This document shows positions 7,626-15,628 of a DNA stretch of 36,877 nt, piece after piece. The notes beneath the pieces were generated by a model. That model was not told the origin of the DNA, did no database searches, and saw only the letters and a list, made by a program, of their open reading frames with translations. The position numbers and the translations under genes are program-made. Position 1 is the stretch's first letter, and the number at the start of each line of letters is the position of its first letter. Source of the stretch: a virus (Duplodnaviria > Caudoviricetes); IMG/VR virus record IMGVR_UViG_3300025196_000010, positions 1-36,877 of that record. One strand, 5' to 3'.

Positions 7626-8656
7626 TGCCAAATTTAGCACACGTACTACGAACCACTCAAGGAGAAGTAGTCCAATTTCCAAATAAAGAGCGTAATTCCA
7701 TGACAAAGCGAGATGAAGGATATACGCGGCTTCCCAACGCTTTAATTGATAGCCAGATGATGGCTGAATTAAGTGATAAAGCATTTAAGTGCCTTCTACT
7801 TATCATTCGTCAAACTTTGGGCTTTGACCGCACAACACATAGCATTTCATTAACTCAGTTTCAAAAATACTGCGGTATAAAAAAACGCGACACTGTTATG
7901 GGATGTATCAAAGAATTAGAGGAGGTTGGAGTTATAGAGGTAGCAAGGAATTTAGGAAGATTAAACTCTTATTCCCTGACTTTAGACCAGTACCAACAAA
8001 AGGGACTAGTACCAACAAAAGGTACTAGTCCTAATGATGGTGACGGGACTAGTACCGCTAAACAGGACGAGGGCAGTCCCGTTGAACGGGGCACTAATAA
8101 AGAAAATATTAAATATAAGTTTAAAAATATAAAAAAAGATAATCTACCTGTGGATAACTCAGGAACAGAAATCTTTAGCGATTCTGTCGAATACCACGAG
8201 GACAATAAAAATCTGTACAGCTTGAGAGAGCTTGCAGGTGTCTACACGATTCAAACTGATCTTGCTGACCAAGCAAAACGAATCAATCCAAAACTTGACG
8301 ATGCAAAAATTCTGAGTGAGTTAAAAAACTTTGCTCAGTGGTCTACCAGTCGAGAAAAAACTACGGCACAAGGTTGGATGAATTACTGGATCTATCGCAT
8401 TCAAAAACTTTCAGCAACCAAAGCGAAATCTTCAAAACCGAAAAGCAAAGGCTTGTCTGATGCACAAGTGAATTACTTCGTTTCAGAGCTGTGCAATTAC
8501 CAAAGTTTCAAATCAAAGCACTCAAACATCGGTGAATCTCAAAAAGCATTCGAAACCCGGATTAGCTCAAACATCCGTAAACCTGAATACGCTGAGAAAT
8601 ATGGTCCTTATCTGCATGAGCTTGGCTTCGTGGTTGATCTAGGGGCAAGCCTATGA
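7625..8656 (+). CDS. Replication initiator, lambda O-like
   Basis: EGYTRLPNAL..IIRQTLGF..ISLTQF winged-helix N-terminus; internal iteron-like repeats. Confidence 0.85.
   Translation: MPNLAHVLRTTQGEVVQFPNKERNSMTKRDEGYTRLPNALIDSQMMAELSDKAFKCLLLIIRQTLGFDRTTHSISLTQFQKYCGIKKRDTVMGCIKELEEVGVIEVARNLGRLNSYSLTLDQYQQKGLVPTKGTSPNDGDGTSTAKQDEGSPVERGTNKENIKYKFKNIKKDNLPVDNSGTEIFSDSVEYHEDNKNLYSLRELAGVYTIQTDLADQAKRINPKLDDAKILSELKNFAQWSTSREKTTAQGWMNYWIYRIQKLSATKAKSSKPKSKGLSDAQVNYFVSELCNYQSFKSKHSNIGESQKAFETRISSNIRKPEYAEKYGPYLHELGFVVDLGASL
7989..8157. other. Phage replication origin: iterons, AT-rich tract and DnaA box
   Basis: Tandem 19-mers AGTACCAACAAAAGGGACT (7989) and AGTACCAACAAAAGGTACT (8008), degenerate copies at 8027, 8051 and 8075; AT-rich tract ~8096-8145; TGTGGATAA at 8149-8157. 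Confidence 0.8.
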
Positions 8657-8823
8657 ACTCTCAATGCAAACCTGAAGGGGCAACTCACTACGAAACAGAC
8701 GGGACAGTTTGGAAAAACGAAAAAGGACTTTGGATGTTTTGGCGTGAGGGCTGGGGATGGTGTCAGTACGTGGGTAAGGCCAGTCATGCATTCCTGAATA
8801 AATTAACTGAAATCGGGGCTTAA
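8653..8823 (+). CDS. 56-aa Trp-rich protein, absent from the ORF track
   Basis: MNSQCKPEGATHYETDGTVWKNEKGLWMFWREGWGWCQYVGKASHAFLNKLTEIGA; ATGA overlap with the initiator stop; paralogue at 9953. Confidence 0.8.
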   Translation: MNSQCKPEGATHYETDGTVWKNEKGLWMFWREGWGWCQYVGKASHAFLNKLTEIGA

Positions 8824-8825
8824 TC

Positions 8826-9338
8826 ATGAGAATGAGTGAAAGAGAGCTAGAACTTCATTTAAAACGCCACGAAAAGCGAAAAAATAACGCATTGCAGCAA
8901 TCTAAACAGAAAAATGATACGAAGGTACATGAAGCAAATCAAAAAGCCTTAGAAGCGATTACAGAGCCAAATAAGAAAGGAGAGGGAAAAGTAATTTTAA
9001 ACTGTGAAATTCCATCTACTCCACCATCGGTAAACAATTATTGGGTGGGTACTGGACGTACATGCAAAGTTAGTGACCGTGGTCGTGATTTTCATGATCT
9101 CGTTGCTATGACTATCCCTCAACTAAATACCACGTCACGTCTAAAACTAGATGTGACTTTTCACTTTCCTAACAAACAACGCCGTGACATCGATAATTTT
9201 TTAAAAGCAACGATCGATAGCCTAGTGAAATGTGGCCTCTGCGTAGACGACGAGCAATTCGATGAATTAAGCGTAAAACGTGGGGAAGTTATCAAAGGCG
9301 GTCTTATAAAAATTACAGTTCTGGAGCTTCAAAAATGA
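8826..9338 (+). CDS. rusA: RusA-family Holliday junction resolvase
   Basis: PPSVNNYW and RRDIDNFLKATIDSL..DDEQF motifs. Confidence 0.92.
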   Translation: MRMSERELELHLKRHEKRKNNALQQSKQKNDTKVHEANQKALEAITEPNKKGEGKVILNCEIPSTPPSVNNYWVGTGRTCKVSDRGRDFHDLVAMTIPQLNTTSRLKLDVTFHFPNKQRRDIDNFLKATIDSLVKCGLCVDDEQFDELSVKRGEVIKGGLIKITVLELQK

Positions 9339-9763
9339 GTGATTTAGTTGTTGATTCTATAGTGTTTGCACAGTCTCCTCGCGCGCGCACGCGTTTTATC
9401 AATCAGCGCACGAAAAAGAAGGTCAAAAAGTTTCTAGTGGAGCGCCGTGGATATAAGCGTCCAGACTTCAATCGCATGATTCTGGATCTAGGCAAATGCG
9501 GCTGGACACACGAAAAGATTGCGGACGTTCTGCCGGTGTCCGGTGCTTCAACTGTGAGTGAATGGGCGCGTGGTGGCGTTCCGAACTACGACAACGGCCA
9601 TGCATTCATTTTGCTATGGCAAACAGAGACGGGCATTGATCGCTACCCACTGGAAGGTGAATGGATGACATACAAATATAAGATTGGCCAGATGGATATT
9701 TTTGAAGACGGCGGCCTGTGTGATCAGGTCATTGATGAGTTGGATCGGGAGTTAGGGTTGTGA
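9335..9763 (+). CDS. HTH DNA-binding protein, candidate late-gene regulator
   Basis: GWTHEKIADVLPVSGASTVSEWARGGVP HTH; occupies the post-rusA position where lambdoid phages carry Q. Confidence 0.6.
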   Translation: MSDLVVDSIVFAQSPRARTRFINQRTKKKVKKFLVERRGYKRPDFNRMILDLGKCGWTHEKIADVLPVSGASTVSEWARGGVPNYDNGHAFILLWQTETGIDRYPLEGEWMTYKYKIGQMDIFEDGGLCDQVIDELDRELGL

Positions 9764-9963
9764 GTGATTTTAAAGAGTTCTGCTTGGTTGAAGGTTTGAG
9801 CCCAGTGCAAATTATTGGTGCTCGTAAAGCATGGAATCACCAGCAAGCTAAGATTGATGCTGTGAAAGCAATCATGAATGAATATTACACTGGGAGTTAT
9901 GAAGAATCGGCAGAAATGGCAGGATTAATCAGTGCTGCGCTGGAAGGTGATCATGCCACCTGA
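9760..9963 (+). CDS. Hypothetical phage protein
   Basis: GTGA overlap with the upstream stop; AWNHQQAKID segment. Confidence 0.65.
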   Translation: MSDFKEFCLVEGLSPVQIIGARKAWNHQQAKIDAVKAIMNEYYTGSYEESAEMAGLISAALEGDHAT

Positions 9964-10096
9964 CTACACCCACATAGAGAATGATGGCACGCCGTGGAAG
10001 AACGTCGAAGGTGACAGGTTCTTCTGGCGTGAAGTCTGGGGCTGGTGTCCGTATGTCGGGCCGAAGAATAGTAATTTTTTTAATAAATTTAGTTAG
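9953..10096 (+). CDS. 47-aa Trp-rich protein, paralogue of 8653-8823, absent from the ORF track
   Basis: MPPDYTHIENDGTPWKNVEGDRFFWREVWGWCPYVGPKNSNFFNKFS; aligns ungapped with the 8653 ORF. Confidence 0.7.
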   Translation: MPPDYTHIENDGTPWKNVEGDRFFWREVWGWCPYVGPKNSNFFNKFS

Positions 10097-10129
10097 AATG
10101 GCGATCAATTTATAACAAGGATTTATTTT

Positions 10130-10684
10130 ATGTGGGAATGTATTATCAATGCCTGGGCTTGGTTAGGTAGCAATTCAGGACAAGTGCAAACTTTAATAGC
10201 TATTTTGGCGCTCGTTTTGGCTTATGTGGTTTATAAAAAGGTACTTGAGCAAATTAGGATTTCGCAAGAACAAACACGATTTACTCAACAGCAGCGAACA
10301 CTAGACTTAAGGATCAGTACATTAAATCTGATCAATGAAAATATTCAGAACAATCTGAAAAATATTATTTTAATTGATTCGGTCGTATCTCAAATGGAAA
10401 ATCTTCATTCGAAGTTAGTCGAAATCAATGATGTTGATTCAGTAAAGTTAGAGTCATTAATTGGTAAGATGGTTTCATACAAGTTAGAAACCGAAGGTAT
10501 AAAAAAGCAACTAGTATCTCTGTTTGAGAGTTTTAAACTCAAACAGGAATTGAGCGACTCTCAATTTAACGAATTAATTAATACATTGGCAGGCACTTTA
10601 GCACAATCATCAAGCAGCAGTTTTGAGTACACATCAATGCTGCATGAAATAGAGTTACTTAAAAAAGAAAAGAACCTGAAGTAA
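10130..10684 (+). CDS. Accessory (moron-like) membrane-anchored helical protein
   Basis: N-terminal TM segment and coiled-coil-like body; visibly AT-rich; AAGGA SD; followed by a terminator. Confidence 0.75.
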   Translation: MWECIINAWAWLGSNSGQVQTLIAILALVLAYVVYKKVLEQIRISQEQTRFTQQQRTLDLRISTLNLINENIQNNLKNIILIDSVVSQMENLHSKLVEINDVDSVKLESLIGKMVSYKLETEGIKKQLVSLFESFKLKQELSDSQFNELINTLAGTLAQSSSSSFEYTSMLHEIELLKKEKNLK

Positions 10685-10685
10685 T

Positions 10686-10750
10686 CACCCAACAAACCGC
10701 TACACCAAACCCCGCACATTAGCCCTATCAACCAATGATGGGGCTTTTTT
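10686..10750 (+). promoter_or_regulatory. Late element copy 1: motif plus terminator hairpin abutting ATG 10751
   Basis: CACCCAACAAAC (10686-10697); stem AGCCCTATCA/TGATGGGGCT; T run; ATG. Confidence 0.75.
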
Positions 10751-11194
10751 ATGGCTACTACACCACGCAAGACACAAACACCGGGTGCAAAAAAAGAAAC
10801 AACGACCACGGCGCAGACCTCAACAGATGACGTAATGGATGCTGTGTTGGGGAAATCAAAAGACTCGGATGTTGTTGAAGACACTCAACCAGTAGACCCA
10901 GTGCAAACACAGCAATCCGCTGAAGATGTTTTGGCCGATATTCTCAGTGGCGAAGATTTAGGCCAAGAGGAAGCACCTGAGGGTTTCATTTCTTTAGAGC
11001 AATTCGATGCAGTTGCCGCACAACTTGCCAATAAAGAAGAAGAACTAAAAGGTGTAACCGCTGAGCTTGTTGCTGCTCGTAAGCAAGTCGTCAAGCTTAC
11101 TGGCGGTCAAAATCAACAACCAACAACCCAAGCAGTAGCACCAGTGCGTAAAAAGCCTGTACTTACCGCTAAAGGTTGGTCAGTGGAGGATTAA
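10751..11194 (+). CDS. Hypothetical protein, first gene of the structural module
   Basis: Acidic low-complexity N-terminus, coiled coil, C-terminal PVLTAKGW. Confidence 0.75.
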   Translation: MATTPRKTQTPGAKKETTTTAQTSTDDVMDAVLGKSKDSDVVEDTQPVDPVQTQQSAEDVLADILSGEDLGQEEAPEGFISLEQFDAVAAQLANKEEELKGVTAELVAARKQVVKLTGGQNQQPTTQAVAPVRKKPVLTAKGWSVED

Positions 11195-11196
11195 TC

Positions 11197-11376
11197 ATGT
11201 GCGGCAAACCAAAAATAGTCCAACAAGATCCTGAAGGTGATGCACTTAAAGCAGCTGAAAAAGCAACTGCTGAAGCGAATGCTAAACGTGCTGGTCGTCG
11301 TACTGCAAATACAGACAGCCGAAGTGTTCTTGGTTCCAAAACTGAAAGCAAAACAACTCTAGGCGGTGGTGGCTAA
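11197..11376 (+). CDS. Small pre-portal virion-associated protein
   Basis: GGAGG SD before ATG 11197 (MCGKPK...TTLGGGG); TAATG coupling to the portal gene. Confidence 0.7.
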   Translation: MCGKPKIVQQDPEGDALKAAEKATAEANAKRAGRRTANTDSRSVLGSKTESKTTLGGGG

Positions 11377-13016
11377 TGGAAAATGACGCTCGTATCTATT
11401 GTGCTCGCTTAGGTCAGCTTAAATCTGCGCGTGCGTTACATGAATCACATTGGGCAGAATGCTACCGATACGGAGCACCTGAGCGTCAACAAAGCTTTAG
11501 TGGTTCAGATGTGAAGAATCAGCGCGAGACTGAACGTGCTGATCTTTACGATTCAACAGCGGCAGATTCAGTTCAAGTGCTTGTTTCAATGATCATGAAC
11601 GGCGTAACACCTGCGAACTCTATTTGGTTCAAAGCTCAACCTGATGGCATTGACGATCTTGCAGAGCTTACAGAGGGCGAACGCTGGCTTGAGGATGTTT
11701 GCCAATTCATGTGGCGCAATATCCATGCATCAAACTTTGACAGTGAGAACTTCGATACGCTCACAGACGTTGTAACGGCTGGTTGGGGGGTGATGTATGT
11801 CGATATTGACCGTGTGGCGCAGGGCGGTTATGTCTTTGAATCATGGCCTATAGGTTCGTGCTTCATTGGTTCAACTCGTGCAGATGGCTTGATTGATACG
11901 ATTTATCGTGAGCATGAAATGACAGCTCAAACGATGGTGAATACCTACGGTGAGAGCAATTGTCATCACTCGGTTGTATCAGTTGCAACAGAGAGTCCAG
12001 ACACGAAGTTCAAGCTATTACACGTCATTCAACCACGTAAACAAACAGGTGCAGGGCAGATCAACAAAGCTATGCCTTTTGCCTCATATCACATCGATAT
12101 CAGCAATAAGCAGATGTTGAAGGAATCGGGATATCACGAGTTCCCATGTTCAATCCCTCGTTTGCGTAAATTGCCGGGTTCTGTTTATGGCAATGGTCAA
12201 ATGTCTTTGGCGCTACCTGATGCTAAAACAGCAAATGAACTTGTCAAAAACACTGTGCGTGCTGCTGATCTTCAAATCGGTGGATTGTGGATAGCACAAG
12301 ATGATGGCGTCTTAAATCCTCATACGGTTCGTATTGGTCCACGTAAAGTGATTGTGGCCAATAGTGTTGATTCGATGAAGCGCTTGGATGATGGAACAAA
12401 TTTTCAAATTGCTGATTATCTTCTGACGAGTCTACAAGGCGGTATTCGTCGCAAGCTCATGGCTGATCAATTGCCACCGATTGGAACACAGCAAATGACC
12501 GCAACTGAGATTAATACACGTGTTGAACTCATTCGCCAGCTACTAGGCCCTATGTATGGTCGTCTACAAGCTGAGTATTTACGGAGTATTTTAGATCGAT
12601 GTTTCGGACTGGCATTGCGTGACGATGTTTTAGGTGAAGCACCTAAGGAGCTTTGGGGTCGCAACCTTTCATTCAAATTTGTGTCACCACTGGCACGAAG
12701 TCAGCGTATGGAAGAGGTGTACGCAACTGAGCAATACATCACGAGTCTTGCAAGTATTGCTCAAGTCGATCGAACCATTCTCGATAACGTCGATTTTGAT
12801 GCTGTTGCTGTGCTAACAGGGACAGGGCGAGGCGTACCACAGACAATCATGCGTACAGCTGATGAAGTGCAACAGCTACGCCAAGCACGTCAAAAGGCAC
12901 AGGAAGAACAAGCACAGGCACAACAGCAGGCGGCAATGATGGATAAGGCTGGTGATGCTATTGCAAAGGGTATGGGTAATCAAATGGCTCAGATGCCAAC
13001 TGAGGTGATGCAATGA
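11376..13016 (+). CDS. Portal (head-to-tail connector), T7 gp8-like family
   Basis: LYDSTA, SNF, VYGNG, MTATEINTR..LGPMYGRLQAEYL and SPLARSQ motifs; Q-rich tail. Confidence 0.92.
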   Translation: MENDARIYCARLGQLKSARALHESHWAECYRYGAPERQQSFSGSDVKNQRETERADLYDSTAADSVQVLVSMIMNGVTPANSIWFKAQPDGIDDLAELTEGERWLEDVCQFMWRNIHASNFDSENFDTLTDVVTAGWGVMYVDIDRVAQGGYVFESWPIGSCFIGSTRADGLIDTIYREHEMTAQTMVNTYGESNCHHSVVSVATESPDTKFKLLHVIQPRKQTGAGQINKAMPFASYHIDISNKQMLKESGYHEFPCSIPRLRKLPGSVYGNGQMSLALPDAKTANELVKNTVRAADLQIGGLWIAQDDGVLNPHTVRIGPRKVIVANSVDSMKRLDDGTNFQIADYLLTSLQGGIRRKLMADQLPPIGTQQMTATEINTRVELIRQLLGPMYGRLQAEYLRSILDRCFGLALRDDVLGEAPKELWGRNLSFKFVSPLARSQRMEEVYATEQYITSLASIAQVDRTILDNVDFDAVAVLTGTGRGVPQTIMRTADEVQQLRQARQKAQEEQAQAQQQAAMMDKAGDAIAKGMGNQMAQMPTEVMQ

Positions 13017-13438
13017 TCTTAATTATCGCCGTGTTAGCCATTTTTTTATTGATTGCATGCGTAGCGCTTTGGTCATCCTACCAAGAGCGAAACATGCTCA
13101 AACAGCAGCTTAGAGAGGAACAAGAAGCTAAAGCTAAATTGCTTCCGAAAGATGAATCTAAAGAGCCTGAAATTGAAATAGGCATTCAGGTCAAACGGCG
13201 ATATTACCGTCCTGTGACGGCGGAAACCTACCGTAATTTATTCGATATCGATGTGAATGGTGTACGTGTCTTAGAACATCTGACATCAATTTTCTGCAAA
13301 TCAACTTATGTGCGTGGCGGTCAAGAGGCTGAGCGAGAGTCTTGCTTTAGAGCGGGCGAACGAAGTGTTGTGGAATTCATTATTAAGCAAATCAATCGTG
13401 CAAACGATCCAAACTATAAGGAAGAAGTAAATGACTAA
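13013..13438 (+). CDS. Post-portal protein (Bbp19-like C-terminus) with N-terminal TM segment
   Basis: YRNLF..GVRVLEHL..FRAGERSVVEFI pattern typical of the gene between portal and scaffold. Confidence 0.65.
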   Translation: MILIIAVLAIFLLIACVALWSSYQERNMLKQQLREEQEAKAKLLPKDESKEPEIEIGIQVKRRYYRPVTAETYRNLFDIDVNGVRVLEHLTSIFCKSTYVRGGQEAERESCFRAGERSVVEFIIKQINRANDPNYKEEVND

Positions 13439-14093
13439 TCCAGTAGAAGAACCAGCTGTACCAGCAACAGATCCAGCACCAAGTGTAATGGGTACACCAC
13501 CAGCCGAGCCAAATCCGACTGATCCACCTGCAGAGCCAGTTACACCGCCAGCTGGTGCACCTGAAACGATCGATGGTTATGAGGTGAATGTAGAAGGCTT
13601 TAACTATGACGATTTTAAAGCCATTCCTGAAAACCAAGAGTTTCTGGAGCGTGCGCGTGAAGCTGGTCTAAGCAATGAACATTTAGGCTTTCTACTCGGT
13701 GAATATAATCAGTTAATTCCTGCACTCATGGAGGGTAATGCAGCACTAGACAATGAAGCCTGTATTTCAGCAATGAAAGAGACGTGGGGTGGGGAAACAG
13801 ATACTAATTTTGGATTCGCACGAGCAGCTGCAAACAATGCAATTCAGAACGGAATTTTGACAGCTGAAGAAGTGAATAGCCCTGAGTTTGGCAATAATCC
13901 ACTTGTTTTGAAAATGGCGGCTTATTTCGGCTCACAGCTTCAGGAAGATACACCCCCTGCTAACACCCAACAAAGCGGTGCATTAGATGTTCAATCATTA
14001 ATGAAATCGGAAGCCTACTTAAACGTAAATCACCCAGACCATAAACGTGTATTTGCGCAAGTAGAAGGCTTTTATCAGAAGCAATATAAATAA
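13431..14093 (+). CDS. Capsid scaffolding/assembly protein
   Basis: Acidic Pro-rich N-terminus, ETWG..GNNP, C-terminal YLNVNHPDHK; immediately before the capsid gene. Confidence 0.8.
   Translation: MTNPVEEPAVPATDPAPSVMGTPPAEPNPTDPPAEPVTPPAGAPETIDGYEVNVEGFNYDDFKAIPENQEFLERAREAGLSNEHLGFLLGEYNQLIPALMEGNAALDNEACISAMKETWGGETDTNFGFARAAANNAIQNGILTAEEVNSPEFGNNPLVLKMAAYFGSQLQEDTPPANTQQSGALDVQSLMKSEAYLNVNHPDHKRVFAQVEGFYQKQYK
13964..13998 (+). promoter_or_regulatory. Late element copy 2 (intragenic, no hairpin) upstream of the major capsid gene
   Basis: CACCCAACAAAG-N17-AATCAT, 140 nt before the capsid ATG. Confidence 0.55.
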
Positions 14094-14103
14094 GGGGTAG
14101 TCC

Positions 14104-15009
14104 ATGCCAATTGCAAACGAAAATAAAATCACGGCGGCGTTTGTACAGCAGTTTCATGACAATTATGAATTGGCATGTGCGCAAAACGTTTCACGTTTGC
14201 TAAAGACTGTAACGAATCGCGGTCGTATTGAAGGTGAGTCATTCACAATCAATGATATGGGACAGGTGGAAATGAAAGCTTCAGGTGCGCGTTATGGCGA
14301 CACTGAATGGACAATTCCCGATGTAGGGGTGCGTTCAGTCCTAATGAATGATTTTGATTTATTCATTCCGATTGAAAAGCGTGATGAGCCAAAGTTAAAG
14401 GCACACCCAGACGATAAATACATGCAGTTATTGCATAACGCTCACAACCGCAAAGTGGACGACATTATTTATCAAGCCCTGATCGGTACGATTGCACGTA
14501 AAACTGTAGATGATGCAGGTGTTGCATCAACTACAAACGTAGCTCTGCCTGCTGGCCAAATTGTTGCCCCAACAGGTATGACGCTTAAACAGCAAATTAT
14601 TTGGGCTAAGTCGTTATTCCGTAAAAACGAATGTGATGAACAGAACGGTGAGCAACTATTCCAGATTTACACCGCTGACATGATGAATGAATTTTTAAAT
14701 GACACCACATTAACCAATGCGGACCATATGAAAATTCAGATGCTGCAAGACGGTGCTGTAGGTACGAAGTGGCTTGGTGTTGAGTGGGTTGCATACGAAA
14801 AAGTTGTTGCTGGTGCAACCGCAGGTTCTAAGCGTGCTCCGATGTATTGTAAGTCTGCTGTTCATTACGGTGATGCTGCAATTACTGACTTTGGTATCGG
14901 TGTACGTGAAGACAAAAAACGTATCAAACAAGTCGGTGGTGTTCATTCAATGGCCGCAGGTCGTGGGAATGAGCTAAAAGTGGTTGCTATCGATTATGAC
15001 GCTTCTTAA
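14104..15009 (+). CDS. Major capsid protein
   Basis: ITAAFVQQF..SRL start, NRKVDDII, WLGVEW; size and position; followed by a strong terminator. Confidence 0.88.
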   Translation: MPIANENKITAAFVQQFHDNYELACAQNVSRLLKTVTNRGRIEGESFTINDMGQVEMKASGARYGDTEWTIPDVGVRSVLMNDFDLFIPIEKRDEPKLKAHPDDKYMQLLHNAHNRKVDDIIYQALIGTIARKTVDDAGVASTTNVALPAGQIVAPTGMTLKQQIIWAKSLFRKNECDEQNGEQLFQIYTADMMNEFLNDTTLTNADHMKIQMLQDGAVGTKWLGVEWVAYEKVVAGATAGSKRAPMYCKSAVHYGDAAITDFGIGVREDKKRIKQVGGVHSMAAGRGNELKVVAIDYDAS

Positions 15010-15020
15010 GTCGTAGCTTT

Positions 15021-15058
15021 GGCCTCACGCTTTACGAGCAGGGCGTGAGGTCTTTTTT
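15021..15058 (+). terminator. Intrinsic terminator after the capsid gene
   Basis: GGCCTCACGC...GCGTGAGGTC followed by six T. Confidence 0.85.
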
Positions 15059-15083
15059 AATAATCTAAATAGGAAAATAAAAT

Positions 15084-15560
15084 ATGCCAAAAAAATTAAT
15101 TGCATTATCAATGGTGGCTTTTGTTGGCACTAAATCCGTATCGGCGGCACCAATGACGCGCCAAGAATACAATGATTATCGCGGATGGGAGCTTCCTGCA
15201 GATGAATCACATTTGGCTAATGAACAAGGTTTTTTAGTTGAATATGTGGATGGTGGTCGAGCAAATCATCCTGATCATGAGGGTTATATTTCATGGTCGC
15301 CAGCTGATGTATTCGAGCGAAGCTATAAGGAATCGCCAAAAAACCATATTGAACGTATGCAATCAGAAAAGCATGAGCTTGATGTAAAACTTACTGCATT
15401 AAATGCATTTTTAACTAAGCTTGGTACAAATGAAGCGCCATTGATCGATGACAATCAGGTTTACTTGCTTGAAGAACAGGCCAAGAATATGACGTTCTAT
15501 TCAAACCTACTTGGTGAACGAATCAAATATGATTCTGAGTTGTTGCAGGCTATTGGCTAA
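15084..15560 (+). CDS. Two-domain accessory protein, candidate anti-defence fusion
   Basis: N-domain FVGTKSVSAAPMTR..GFLVEY.DG..GYISWSPADVFERSY; C-domain helical hairpin HIERMQSEKHEL..KLTALNAFL..LLEEQ..M..YSNLLGERI (crAss001_48-like as recalled). Confidence 0.6.
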   Translation: MPKKLIALSMVAFVGTKSVSAAPMTRQEYNDYRGWELPADESHLANEQGFLVEYVDGGRANHPDHEGYISWSPADVFERSYKESPKNHIERMQSEKHELDVKLTALNAFLTKLGTNEAPLIDDNQVYLLEEQAKNMTFYSNLLGERIKYDSELLQAIG

Positions 15561-15569
15561 CAACTTCAA

Positions 15570-15628
15570 TACCCAACAAACCCACTCTTAAAAGCCCTCA
15601 AGATCATTAAAACTTGAGGGCTTTTTCT
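15570..15628 (+). promoter_or_regulatory. Late element copy 3: motif plus terminator hairpin abutting ATG 15629
   Basis: TACCCAACAAAC; 13-bp stem AAAAGCCCTCAAG/CTTGAGGGCTTTT. Confidence 0.75.

Noticed and set aside
7989-8026. ACCAACAAAA in the origin as further copies of the late 12-mer
   Set aside because: Flanks differ, the copies are parts of tandem 19-bp iterons, and no gene start follows.
14990-15083. T7 gp10B-style frameshift extension of the capsid protein
   Set aside because: No obvious slippery sequence before the stop, and a strong terminator follows immediately.
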